Below are positions 19,892 to 28,601 of a DNA stretch of 64,000 bases, in pieces. This DNA comes from Candidatus Bathyarchaeota archaeon (lineage in GTDB: Archaea; Thermoproteota; Bathyarchaeia; Bathyarchaeales; Bathycorpusculaceae), in the NCBI GenBank assembly GCA_963832745.1, contig CAWHVC010000001.1, positions 96,001-160,000 on the forward strand, given 5' to 3'. Made by a program: the position numbers and the translations under genes. How positions within the stretch are numbered: position 1 is the first letter of the stretch; the number at the start of each line of letters is the position of its first letter. Below the pieces are notes generated by a model. It was not told the DNA's origin and ran no database searches. It worked only from the letters and a program-made list of their open reading frames with translations.

Positions 19892-21346
19892 TTAAGAGTT
19901 AAAAAACAGTCGGGTTTCACCCATTGTTTTAACATCCAACGCTCTGACACGTGCCACTATTGGAAAATCATGCACAACTTTGCCCAATGCAAGGCAATGG
20001 TGAGGTGGCAAGTCGCGGGCTATGCTGCGGACGGTTTCCGCGTCAACACGGGCAGCCCTTGAAACCACGTCAAGGTCGTGTTCGTTGGTAAAGTTAAAGA
20101 GGAAAATGTTGTCGGCTTGGCGATAAATGGTTTCTTGGATTGTGTCGGGCTGGTTTGTGATGAAAGTTGTGAATATGCCGAAGTGACGCATGCGGGTGAC
20201 GATGTCGTCCCAATATGTTTCCCTTAGGTATAGGTGGGCTTCTTCTGCAAATAGGAAAACGGCTTTTAGTTTCCAGTTAGAAAGCGAATCAACCAGTTTG
20301 CCCAGCACATATTCAACGACGATTTGGCGGTCAATATTTGACGTGTTTTTCAGGTTAACAACGATGGCGCCGCCGTTCTGTTTGGCTTTAAGCAAGGCTT
20401 CTTCCAGCAATGTTGCCTCGCCCGGGCAATCTGTGAAAAATCCCGAGTTTGAAAGAGAATGAAACCGTGAGTTAAGGGCATCCCGCACGTGCTGGTTGCA
20501 GTTCAAGTCACGTATAGCTTCGCCAAGTTGCTGCATACTCAAAATGCCTCTGTCTTTTAGGGATTTCCACAATCTCCGAAACTCTCTTGCTGAAGTTCCC
20601 GGCAAATGCAATGCATGCACCAAAATACCCATAACCGTGTTTAACGGCAGCTGGTCCAACGATACTTTGAAGTTTTGGCCCGGGGTTAGCGTGTGGATTT
20701 TGTCATAGTAACTGTTTCTTTTGCCGTCGTTAGTCATGCCTAGACAGGTGTATTCTCCGTTTAGATCAAAGATTACGACTGTTGCTTTGTACCCGACAAG
20801 GTTGACCATTAAGAGTTTGGATAGATGCGATTTGCCACAGCCCTTCTTTCCCGTGACGATGTTAAGTGTGCCGTCAATGCATGAAGCATCAATGGTGAGT
20901 AGCGAGGAGTCTTTGGTGCCGCCAAGCAAGATTGGCAGGTTGCCGTCTACTTTGGCCATTTTCAGCAGCACTGGAATTGATAATTTCTTGATGATGGAAC
21001 CGGACCGGCTGGGCAGCCAACTGCTGCTTGGGCTAAGCATGCCATTTTCAAGGGTGGCACGGATTTTGCAGACCAAAAGTGTGGCGTCTTGAATGTATGT
21101 GATGTGTGGCGCAATTTCGAGGGGGTCTATGTCTTCACCTTGCAGGGATTCGCCGCCGTCAGGAAGAGTTCGCAAAAGCTCTTCTAAGACACCAGGGACA
21201 GCCGCAAACTGTACATCAATCACTTGTGCAATCAACGCCTTATTCTCGTCGCCTTCCTGCACCATCAGGTAGTCGCCTTTTTCTGCTGATTCAGTTGGAA
21301 AACTGATGATTTGAAGAATGTTGCCTTCTTTTCTGTAGAGCTTCAT
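19892..21346 (-). CDS. HerA/FtsK-family ATPase
   Basis: N-terminal HAS-barrel-like region, GKKGCGKS, FDLNGEY, FAEEAH, RMRHFG, TNQP. Confidence 0.85.
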   Translation of the reverse strand: MKLYRKEGNILQIISFPTESAEKGDYLMVQEGDENKALIAQVIDVQFAAVPGVLEELLRTLPDGGESLQGEDIDPLEIAPHITYIQDATLLVCKIRATLENGMLSPSSSWLPSRSGSIIKKLSIPVLLKMAKVDGNLPILLGGTKDSSLLTIDASCIDGTLNIVTGKKGCGKSHLSKLLMVNLVGYKATVVIFDLNGEYTCLGMTNDGKRNSYYDKIHTLTPGQNFKVSLDQLPLNTVMGILVHALHLPGTSAREFRRLWKSLKDRGILSMQQLGEAIRDLNCNQHVRDALNSRFHSLSNSGFFTDCPGEATLLEEALLKAKQNGGAIVVNLKNTSNIDRQIVVEYVLGKLVDSLSNWKLKAVFLFAEEAHLYLRETYWDDIVTRMRHFGIFTTFITNQPDTIQETIYRQADNIFLFNFTNEHDLDVVSRAARVDAETVRSIARDLPPHHCLALGKVVHDFPIVARVRALDVKTMGETRLFFNS

Positions 21347-22410
21347 TAGCTGCTCTCCCTCCCGAATGGTCCGAAAAGCAGTTTGTGCATGTCTGGACGG
21401 TTGATGATTCGGATGCCATGCTTGCGAGTGATAAAATGCTGCATCGCCAACACTTCGTTAGCAGTAAACGTGCATAGGACATGAGCAAGGCGAAGCGTTT
21501 CAGGGTAACTTTGGTTATACAAGTCATTTCCCAGCAGGCGTTGTAGCGCGTCGATGCGTTGTTGCCGTTCCGTTTCGTAATCAATGTCTAGGCGGAAAGC
21601 CATATTTGCGCGGTTGAGTCGTGCCACGTAAACGTCGCCTAAAAGCACTGTTGGCGCTTTGGAGAACAGGCCAGTGGTTTCAAGCAGGTAAGGTGGGTCA
21701 TGCATGGGCAGTTGGTCAGTAATTAAGTGCCCATTGGTACGAAGAGTGGTTGCTTTAGAAAAAGCCATAACGGTCGTGCAGTTTTGTCGTGCCAAGCTTA
21801 AGATTTCTTTTAAACGAACGGTCGGCGTATCAAAGGTGCCCGCAGTTAAAGAGCCATCAAAGAGCAGTACGCCCTGTTTCACGGTTTTTGCCATCATTGT
21901 CTGCAGCCACCGTTCAAGGATGCTGGCGAGGCGTGTGGGCATTTGCATCAGGTTTGGCGCGGCTTGATGGGTGAGTTGTACATAGTTGGTGTTGAAGTAG
22001 GCTTTTTCGAGTTCGGTGTAAACTTGGTTTTTGTTTTCTTCTGTTACGTGGAAGACAAAGGGGCCTAAGCGGTTGTATTTGTAGGTGTGGTTTTGTCGCC
22101 ATGTTGCTGCTCCGCGGACTGCGATGATGATGCCTGTTTGGGTTTCGCCTATTTTCATTGTTGATGTGTCTACTGCGGCGACTATTGTTTGTTGGTGAAT
22201 GGGTTTTAGGTTGATTGGTGTTGGTTTGAGTTGTAGGGTGGAAATGTATGGGTTTGGGTTGTTTAGTGGGTTTAGTTGGGTGGGGTTGTGTTGGATTTGG
22301 CGTAGTGAGGCTATTGATTGTTCGTGGAATCTTTGTGGTAGTGTTGTGTCGATTGTGGGTTGTGGAAAGTTATATGTGGGAGTTGTTACTGTATATTGTT
22401 CAATCACCAT
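21346..22410 (-). CDS. NurA-like nuclease
   Basis: AAVDTS, LLFDGSL, FSK, YPETLRLAH motifs; translationally coupled to the HerA gene. Confidence 0.8.
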   Translation of the reverse strand: MVIEQYTVTTPTYNFPQPTIDTTLPQRFHEQSIASLRQIQHNPTQLNPLNNPNPYISTLQLKPTPINLKPIHQQTIVAAVDTSTMKIGETQTGIIIAVRGAATWRQNHTYKYNRLGPFVFHVTEENKNQVYTELEKAYFNTNYVQLTHQAAPNLMQMPTRLASILERWLQTMMAKTVKQGVLLFDGSLTAGTFDTPTVRLKEILSLARQNCTTVMAFSKATTLRTNGHLITDQLPMHDPPYLLETTGLFSKAPTVLLGDVYVARLNRANMAFRLDIDYETERQQRIDALQRLLGNDLYNQSYPETLRLAHVLCTFTANEVLAMQHFITRKHGIRIINRPDMHKLLFGPFGRESS

Positions 22411-22412
22411 GA

Positions 22413-22444
22413 TTCACCAATATTCAATAGTGATTATTGGTGAA
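22413..22444. promoter_or_regulatory. Perfect 10-bp inverted repeat (candidate operator) in the divergent nurA/wHTH promoter
   Basis: TTCACCAATA-N12-TATTGGTGAA. Confidence 0.55.
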
Positions 22445-22501
22445 ATATTTAAAGAATGTGCATGCGCATCATGCACAATTCAATATACAATAGGTGTAAA
22501 C

Positions 22502-22921
22502 TTGACACAACCACAGCAAAACCCACCATTACGCGTAAAAATGAAAATCGGCGACATAGAATTCGAAATAGAAGCCCAACCAGACCAAATCCAAACAGCC
22601 GTCGACCGCATACTAACCAGCGTCACAGAACACCTAAAAAACACCAACCTCGCCCAAATCACCCGCCAAGCCACCGAACGCCCCGCCCCACTACCCCGAG
22701 CCGAAACATGCAGAGGCGTAATCCAAAAACTCTGGGAAGAAAACTACTTCATCCAACCCCGAGGCCTCGATGAAGTCCACACAGAACTCGCACGCAAAGG
22801 GTTCCACTACGACCGAACCGCCGTAGCACACGCACTGGTCGATCTAGTCAAGGATAACATTTTAACGCGAATTGGCAAAGCCCGACGTTATCAATACGCA
22901 CAAAAAAGGCCGCCAACTTAA
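22502..22921 (+). CDS. Conserved archaeal winged-helix protein
   Basis: AGGTG RBS then TTG; KIGDIEFEIE N-domain; LWEENYF..PR.LDEV..EL...GFHY....LVDLV...LTRIG wHTH. Confidence 0.75.
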   Translation: MTQPQQNPPLRVKMKIGDIEFEIEAQPDQIQTAVDRILTSVTEHLKNTNLAQITRQATERPAPLPRAETCRGVIQKLWEENYFIQPRGLDEVHTELARKGFHYDRTAVAHALVDLVKDNILTRIGKARRYQYAQKRPPT

Positions 22922-22967
22922 CCTTTTTAGTTAATTTACCAATTTTTAAATAAAAAATCAGTAACCT

Positions 22968-23477
22968 ATGCATATGGACATTAGAGATTTAATTGGTTAC
23001 AACCACACCGTACGCAGGCTCTACCTTGATTCATTCGCTAAGCTGCCGTGGAGTGAAGTTGTTAAGCCTCGGGGCGCCAGCTTTGATTCTTTGCGGGACG
23101 TGTTTTTGCATTTAACGCTGGTTGAGGACCGCTGGGTAAACTATGTAATTCCCGACTGCTTCAGCCTATGGGTTGACCCAGTTTTAGATGACTTCAAAGA
23201 CTTGGAATCCCTAAAAAAATATGCACTTAGGGTGGAAGAGAAAATCCAGACTTATCTGCAAAAGCTGACACCGGAAGAGTTGAAGCGCGAAATCGAGGTG
23301 CCTTGGGGCGAAAAGCCTTACGCATATCTCAGGGTCGAGGATGTTTTAACTCACATGGTAATGGAGGACATGGTGCATTACGGCGAACTTTCGGCGTTGC
23401 TTTGGCAGATGGGGCAAGAAGCTCCATACAAGGCATACTGGCGGTACAAAAATCAGCTAAACAAGCAAAAAACTTGA
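22968..23477 (+). CDS. DinB/YfiT-family protein
   Basis: SLRDVFLHL, LTHMVMEDMVHYGEL. Confidence 0.85.
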   Translation: MHMDIRDLIGYNHTVRRLYLDSFAKLPWSEVVKPRGASFDSLRDVFLHLTLVEDRWVNYVIPDCFSLWVDPVLDDFKDLESLKKYALRVEEKIQTYLQKLTPEELKREIEVPWGEKPYAYLRVEDVLTHMVMEDMVHYGELSALLWQMGQEAPYKAYWRYKNQLNKQKT

Positions 23478-23593
23478 ATCAACCTTTTTTAGCAGAAAAC
23501 CGCTTCGTTTGGTTTAGAAAAGGTTTATAGTATTTCCCCGAGATAGTAAATACTGTATTTTTTAGCTAAACTTTTGTTGGAGGTGAATTTTTT

Positions 23594-24031
23594 ATGGCTG
23601 ATATTGTTGACACAGCAGTTTCTTCAGGCAAATTTAACACTCTTGTTACAGCAGTAAAAGCAGCAGGCCTCGTTGACACCTTAAAAGGCCCCGGGCCATT
23701 CACTGTTTTCGCGCCAACCGATGAAGCATTTGCCAAACTCCCCGCAGGCACCATTGACTCTCTCCTGAAAGATATTCCGAAACTAAAAAACATTCTAATG
23801 TACCATGTTACTGAAGGAAAAATGATGGCGGCAGATTTAGATAAGCATGAGTACCTGCAAGCGCTTAATGGCGGAGAACTAAAAATTGACAATAAACGTT
23901 GGCACCTGCATAGGCACATGAAAATTAACGACGCAAGCATCATAACCCCTGATATAATGGTGGATAACGGGGTTTGTCACGCAATCGACCAAGTGCTGAT
24001 GCCAAAAATGGTTGAAAGTAAGTCAATGTGA
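23594..24031 (+). CDS. Fasciclin (FAS1) domain protein
   Basis: TVFAPTDEAF, LMYHV, NGVCHAIDQVL; GGAGGTG RBS. Confidence 0.92.
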   Translation: MADIVDTAVSSGKFNTLVTAVKAAGLVDTLKGPGPFTVFAPTDEAFAKLPAGTIDSLLKDIPKLKNILMYHVTEGKMMAADLDKHEYLQALNGGELKIDNKRWHLHRHMKINDASIITPDIMVDNGVCHAIDQVLMPKMVESKSM

Positions 24032-24091
24032 GTCAAAGCGTGATTCCTTTTTTGTTTTTAGCCCTTTTTCTATAATGTTAACGCTTTTCTT

Positions 24092-24145
24092 CTTAGGGAT
24101 AGGTGTTATCAGGTTAGATTAAAACCATTAACATGTTGAAAACCA
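24092..24145 (+). repeat. Partial copy of dispersed intergenic repeat (module X)
   Basis: ccattaacatgttgaaaacca matches the reverse strand of 40894-40914 at 20/21; preceded by agggataggtg. Confidence 0.65.
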
Positions 24146-24211
24146 CGACAAATTTGGAGTTACAGATAAAAGCGCACGTGTCCTTAAGGCTTTAACAAGA
24201 AATTGATGTTA

Positions 24212-25078
24212 ATGGATTCCCCAAGCAAGGCATTAACTAAAAAAGCCCTGTTAATCATCGCAGTCTCCTATTTATTATACAATATTTACCAAGCATTAAT
24301 CACTACAATGTTTGTTCTGCATTTTCCAACAGCAATAACGCAGCTTTCAAATTTTATAGAAAGCTCACAGCCATTCTTGCAGTTAGGGCTTTTCGTGTTT
24401 CAAGAGTCTTCTGCTTCAATTGGGGTTTACCTGCGTTTAGCTGCTGGAGTATTCGCAGTTTACTCTACTATTCTACTCCTAAAAGGTAACAAGGGATACC
24501 TAAATTCCGCAAAGAAAATGCTGCTCTTAGAATCACTCTATTTTGCCCTCTTAATCCCAGCAGCCATAAATCAAACCGTAGGTTACTTTATCTCTTCAGG
24601 CCCATTTCTGAACATAAACGCGGGAATTTCCGATTGGCTACAGGCATTGCTAATTTTTCCACCGCTATTTGTGCTAAGTCGCCGTCTAAAAGAACCCGTC
24701 TGGGGCTCTTCAAATTTGAAACTAGCAGGCTTTGCAGGTTCAATGTATCTTTTCGGTTTATGGGTACAGCACGGCTTCATTTGGGTAATTGCATTTTCCC
24801 AATCCACACAAACCCTGCCTGCAATGGTTGGATTGGTGAATTCTTGGGTCACTTTGCTTGCCGCTGCGATTGTTTGGACACTTGCATGGTTAACCTTCAA
24901 ACAGGAAAAACCGCTTTTTGGTGTTGCCTTAATTCTTGCAGGCGGCTATTCTCTGGTTTATTTGCTTATTGCCGTTTGGGTGCCGCTTTACCTTGCTTTT
25001 TTGCCTTTAACAGAGTTCTGGATGGTGTCTTGGCTGGTTTTGGGAGCTGCAGTGTTGATGGATTCACACAAAAAATAG
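24212..25078 (+). CDS. Multi-pass membrane protein, unknown function
   Basis: About 8 hydrophobic segments; start uncertain. Confidence 0.7.
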   Translation: MDSPSKALTKKALLIIAVSYLLYNIYQALITTMFVLHFPTAITQLSNFIESSQPFLQLGLFVFQESSASIGVYLRLAAGVFAVYSTILLLKGNKGYLNSAKKMLLLESLYFALLIPAAINQTVGYFISSGPFLNINAGISDWLQALLIFPPLFVLSRRLKEPVWGSSNLKLAGFAGSMYLFGLWVQHGFIWVIAFSQSTQTLPAMVGLVNSWVTLLAAAIVWTLAWLTFKQEKPLFGVALILAGGYSLVYLLIAVWVPLYLAFLPLTEFWMVSWLVLGAAVLMDSHKK

Positions 25079-25083
25079 TATAA

Positions 25084-25452
25084 CTATACTGTTTGGTTGT
25101 GTCTTATTGTTTGGTATGCTATTGCAATGATTATTAGGCTCCACGTTAGCGTGATTAGGATTGCGTAGCTTGGAAAGAATACGTATGTGCCAAAAATTCT
25201 TTGAAAAACTGTGATTGCGATGGCAAGTTTGGGCGCCCAACTCCGTTTTTTATGCAAGCCAAACAACGTAATTGCATACGTGATGGCTGCTGCTCCCGCT
25301 TCGGCGCCGACGATGGTGAAGCCTAACCTGTAAATGCTCCATTGCGTAGATGGAGCCAAACCCCAAATTAAAATGGCAATAACGTCTAATGCTATGTTGG
25401 CTGCAACTAGACCGGTAAGTACCATATGGTACGTGATTTTCAAATGCACCAT
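25084..25452 (-). CDS. Small membrane protein (4 TM)
   Basis: Hydrophobic segments, ATG start. Confidence 0.65.
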   Translation of the reverse strand: MVHLKITYHMVLTGLVAANIALDVIAILIWGLAPSTQWSIYRLGFTIVGAEAGAAAITYAITLFGLHKKRSWAPKLAIAITVFQRIFGTYVFFPSYAILITLTWSLIIIAIAYQTIRHNQTV

Positions 25453-25553
25453 CTTCTCACTGAACCCTCAGCGGACACTAATTTACCTGTCGATTCATCG
25501 AGCCTTAAAATTAGGCGCCAAACATATAACCTATTTAAACTATAAAGACGACC

Positions 25554-26633
25554 ATGTTTCGTCAATATAGGCAGCCAAGCGTTTACATTGAAGAAGTCTC
25601 TGTTGGACCCAAACCCATCCAAGGTGTAAGCACAAGTACTGCAGCGTTTTTAGGTGAAACCGCGAAGGGTCCAGACACGCCAACGTTAATTACGAGTTGG
25701 CTTCAGTTCCAGCGGGTTTTCGGTGGCTACTTTGGCGAAGACAAATTTTTGCCTTACGCTGTTGAAGGTTTCTTCTTAAATGGAGGCCAACGCTGCTTCA
25801 TCAGAAAAGTCGCCGACAACAATTATGCGGCTGCCCTTTCTGAACTTGAAAAGAACGACGAAATTGCTTTAGTTTATGCGCCAAACGCTCAAGCAATACT
25901 CGGCTTATCAGAGTTGATTTTGAGCCATTGCGAAAAGTTGCGCAATAGGTTTGCAATTATTGATTCACTAAAAAGCCAAGCGCCCGCTAACGTTTCTAAA
26001 CCACGTGCATGCTCGTTTGCCGCATTGTATTATCCATGGATTCAAATCCAACTGGCTACAACAGGCAAACTTTGCTTGGTTCCGCCGGGAGGTCATCTTG
26101 CAGGCATTTATGCCAGAACTGACCTTGGATTGGGGGTGAATAAGGCGCCAGCAAATCAGCCTGTTCGGGGTGCGGTTGGCTTAGAATTTGCTGTTAAGGA
26201 AGTGGAACAAGGTAATCTTAACCTTCAAGGCATCAACTGCATCCGAAACTTTCCCGGAAGAGGCATCTTGGTTTGGGGTGCCCGAACACTATCAAGCAAT
26301 CCAGAATTCAAGTACGTTAACGTGCAGAGACTTATGATTTATCTTGAACAGTCAATCAGCAATGGCACACAATGGGCAATATTTGAACCTAACAATCAAG
26401 CGACATGGACAAGAGCGAAGGTTGCTGTTGAGACTTTTCTTTACAGTTGTTGGCAAACTGGAATGTTAATGGGTAAAAAACCCCAAGAAGCCTATTTTGC
26501 CAGATGCGACCGCACAACCATGACCCAAAGTGACATTGATAACGGTAAATTGATAATTCAAGTCGGCGTGGCTCCAGTTAAGCCTGCCGAATTCATGATC
26601 TTCCGGGTCAGCCAAAAGATGGCTTCACCATAA
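25554..26633 (+). CDS. Contractile tail sheath protein (phage/eCIS Afp2-4-like), orphan
   Basis: PSVYIEEV..G.KPIQGVSTS, GFFLNGG, AALYYPW, PPGGHLAGIYARTD, KAPAN, GINCIR, VWGARTL, FEPN, GVAPVKPAEF. Confidence 0.92.
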   Translation: MFRQYRQPSVYIEEVSVGPKPIQGVSTSTAAFLGETAKGPDTPTLITSWLQFQRVFGGYFGEDKFLPYAVEGFFLNGGQRCFIRKVADNNYAAALSELEKNDEIALVYAPNAQAILGLSELILSHCEKLRNRFAIIDSLKSQAPANVSKPRACSFAALYYPWIQIQLATTGKLCLVPPGGHLAGIYARTDLGLGVNKAPANQPVRGAVGLEFAVKEVEQGNLNLQGINCIRNFPGRGILVWGARTLSSNPEFKYVNVQRLMIYLEQSISNGTQWAIFEPNNQATWTRAKVAVETFLYSCWQTGMLMGKKPQEAYFARCDRTTMTQSDIDNGKLIIQVGVAPVKPAEFMIFRVSQKMASP

Positions 26634-26653
26634 ATTTTCTATCTATTTGGCGT

Positions 26654-26811
26654 CTATTTGGATCCTATTAGAAGTTCTATGCAGAAAGCTATAGGGGGTA
26701 GGTCAGTATTCGTGTGTTTTTGATTCAAAAACAGGTAAAAACCCGTGAAACCCTTAGAGAGAAAGGTGCTATTGAAAAGTTCGCGCCATTGGCATATGCT
26801 GAAAACCACTG
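26654..26811 (+). repeat. Dispersed intergenic repeat (modules Y+X)
   Basis: 26654-26703 is 45/50 identical to the reverse complement of 40975-41024; 26747-26811 aligns with the reverse complement of 40891-40957. Confidence 0.85.
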
Positions 26812-27002
26812 GTTTGGAATCTTAAGCAGCAAATTTTAGCTTCAGTTGCAACTGGGTTAAGGTTTGGGTGATTAGTATGTTCTGTTGTAGCATACTTGGC
26901 GAGGGTTTCATCATAATGGGTAGCCATAAACAACTTTTCCAAGCATTCTCATGCGGCTCTGATGTGTTTTAGACCGCATTTACCACTAAAAAATTAAGGA
27001 AC

Positions 27003-27356
27003 TTAATTTGCTATTTTGTTCCCACAGTTTCGACAGAAAACAGCGTCCGAATTATTGGTTGACCCGCAACTCGTACAAGTTACTGATGAAGCAACATTTT
27101 GTTGATTTGTTTGCTGCTGATTCGACGACCTGCTTTGATAGTCTTCTTTAATGTCTTGGAATGCTTTTTGCATTTCTCGCGCGGCTATGTGAAAAGCTTT
27201 TTCTATTTCTACACCTGCTTCATTGAATGCTGCCCGCAACTCGTCGGCAGGATATTTGACGTTTTCTTTTTCTCCTTTTTGAGTTTTCGTGCCGCAGTTT
27301 GGGCAGAAAAATGCTTCATCTGAAATTTTAGTTCCACAATGTGAACAGTAGGGCAT
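27003..27356 (-). CDS. Double zinc-ribbon domain protein
   Basis: YCSHCG..FCPNCG and CTSCG..FCRNCG; GGAG RBS. Confidence 0.85.
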   Translation of the reverse strand: MPYCSHCGTKISDEAFFCPNCGTKTQKGEKENVKYPADELRAAFNEAGVEIEKAFHIAAREMQKAFQDIKEDYQSRSSNQQQTNQQNVASSVTCTSCGSTNNSDAVFCRNCGNKIAN

Positions 27357-27661
27357 TATTTTGTCTCCTCTAATGTTTAGTTCAAACTGAAAATTTAAAT
27401 TTTGCCCGCTAACTTTGCTTCAAAAGTTAACGCTGAATATTTTGTTACTCATTTTTTATTTTTCATCCGAACTGAGTTTTTTCTGGCATTTTCTGAAAGT
27501 TGAGGGTTAAAAAATTTAAATAACATGTACATTTTATATATGAAAGCTCGGGGTAGTATGGGAGAACACGAGAGAAGAGGGAAGTCCCTATTTGAGGGCT
27601 TGGTAGGTAAGAGTGTTTTTTTGTTAGCCAAGACGCTAAATGTTGCCTTGCCGGATGCGTG

Positions 27662-27694
27662 TTTGCACTGGTTTGGTGCAAATAGCCTTATAAG
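27662..27694 (+). promoter_or_regulatory. Inverted repeat plus TATA box of the hydrogenase operon
   Basis: TTTGCAC-N7-GTGCAAA (27662-27682) just upstream of CTTATAAG. Confidence 0.45.
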
Positions 27695-27792
27695 CGTTCA
27701 AGCCGACGCTTTTCGTCGTAGCAAGTATAGTGTACTCTATACCCGTGAGGAATCTTATACGGAAAATGTTAGACCTGGAGGAGTAGCACAAC

Positions 27793-28137
27793 ATGATTGA
27801 TCTTGATATGCTTGTTGAAGCTCTAATCGCGTTTATCTTAATATTCATATCAACCTACGCAATCTACGCAATAGGCCGACATTCCGCGCCTAAGAGCAAA
27901 CACAGCGATAACGAAGAAATGGCTTACGCTTGCGGTGAAAAAGCAGTCTTCCATGGACCAAAAATCAACATTTCCCTTTACAGATACATAATTTATTTTG
28001 TAATTTTTGATTCAGCAGTTCTTTTGCTTGCTTTTGCTTCAGTTGCAATTGCAGGCGTAAACCCCTTTTTGCTTGTGATATATTTGGGAATAATTCTTGC
28101 TTCAGGGCTCATTCTTCTTGAAGGAGGTAAAGATTAA
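27793..28137 (+). CDS. Fpo-like hydrogenase membrane subunit A (NuoA homolog)
   Basis: YACGE, YFVIFD, 3 TM. Confidence 0.85.
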   Translation: MIDLDMLVEALIAFILIFISTYAIYAIGRHSAPKSKHSDNEEMAYACGEKAVFHGPKINISLYRYIIYFVIFDSAVLLLAFASVAIAGVNPFLLVIYLGIILASGLILLEGGKD

Positions 28138-28601
28138 TGGACACAAAAACTTGGGCCAGAATAAAATCTCCCTGGGTTTTACATTTTAACAGTGGCGCAT
28201 GCAACGGCTGTGATATCGAAATCGTGGCGTTGCTTACTCCAAAATATGATGTAGAAAGATTCGGAATAAAACTTGAACCCTCACCAAGACACGCTGACGT
28301 GCTCTTAGTTAGCGGTTGTGTTACCCAACAATGCGCTGAACGTCTCAAACGAGTTTACGATCAAATGCCTGAACCAAAATTTGTCGTAGCAATCGGAGCA
28401 TGTGCATGTAGCGGCGGAGTTTTTGAAGGAAACTATAACGTTCTCGGTGGGGCTGACAAAGTTGTTCCAGTTGCAGCTTATATTCCTGGCTGTCCACCCC
28501 GTCCGGAAGCAATTATTGACGGTGTCGTTAAGCTTCTTGGCACTTTAAACCCGCCTAAAGAAGCAAAAAAGAAGGAGGAGAAAGCAGTTGCAAAAGAGTA
28601 G
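28137..28601 (+). CDS. Group 4 hydrogenase small subunit (NuoB homolog)
   Basis: GACNGCDIE, SPRHAD, GACACSGG, PGCPPRP. Confidence 0.92.
   Translation: MDTKTWARIKSPWVLHFNSGACNGCDIEIVALLTPKYDVERFGIKLEPSPRHADVLLVSGCVTQQCAERLKRVYDQMPEPKFVVAIGACACSGGVFEGNYNVLGGADKVVPVAAYIPGCPPRPEAIIDGVVKLLGTLNPPKEAKKKEEKAVAKE

Noticed and set aside
25554-27356. Prophage around the sheath gene
   Set aside because: No capsid, terminase, portal, tube or integrase nearby
27575-27590. GAGGGAAGTCC resembling the RNase P RNA P4 motif
   Set aside because: No matching 3' P4 strand or GC-rich helices in the region
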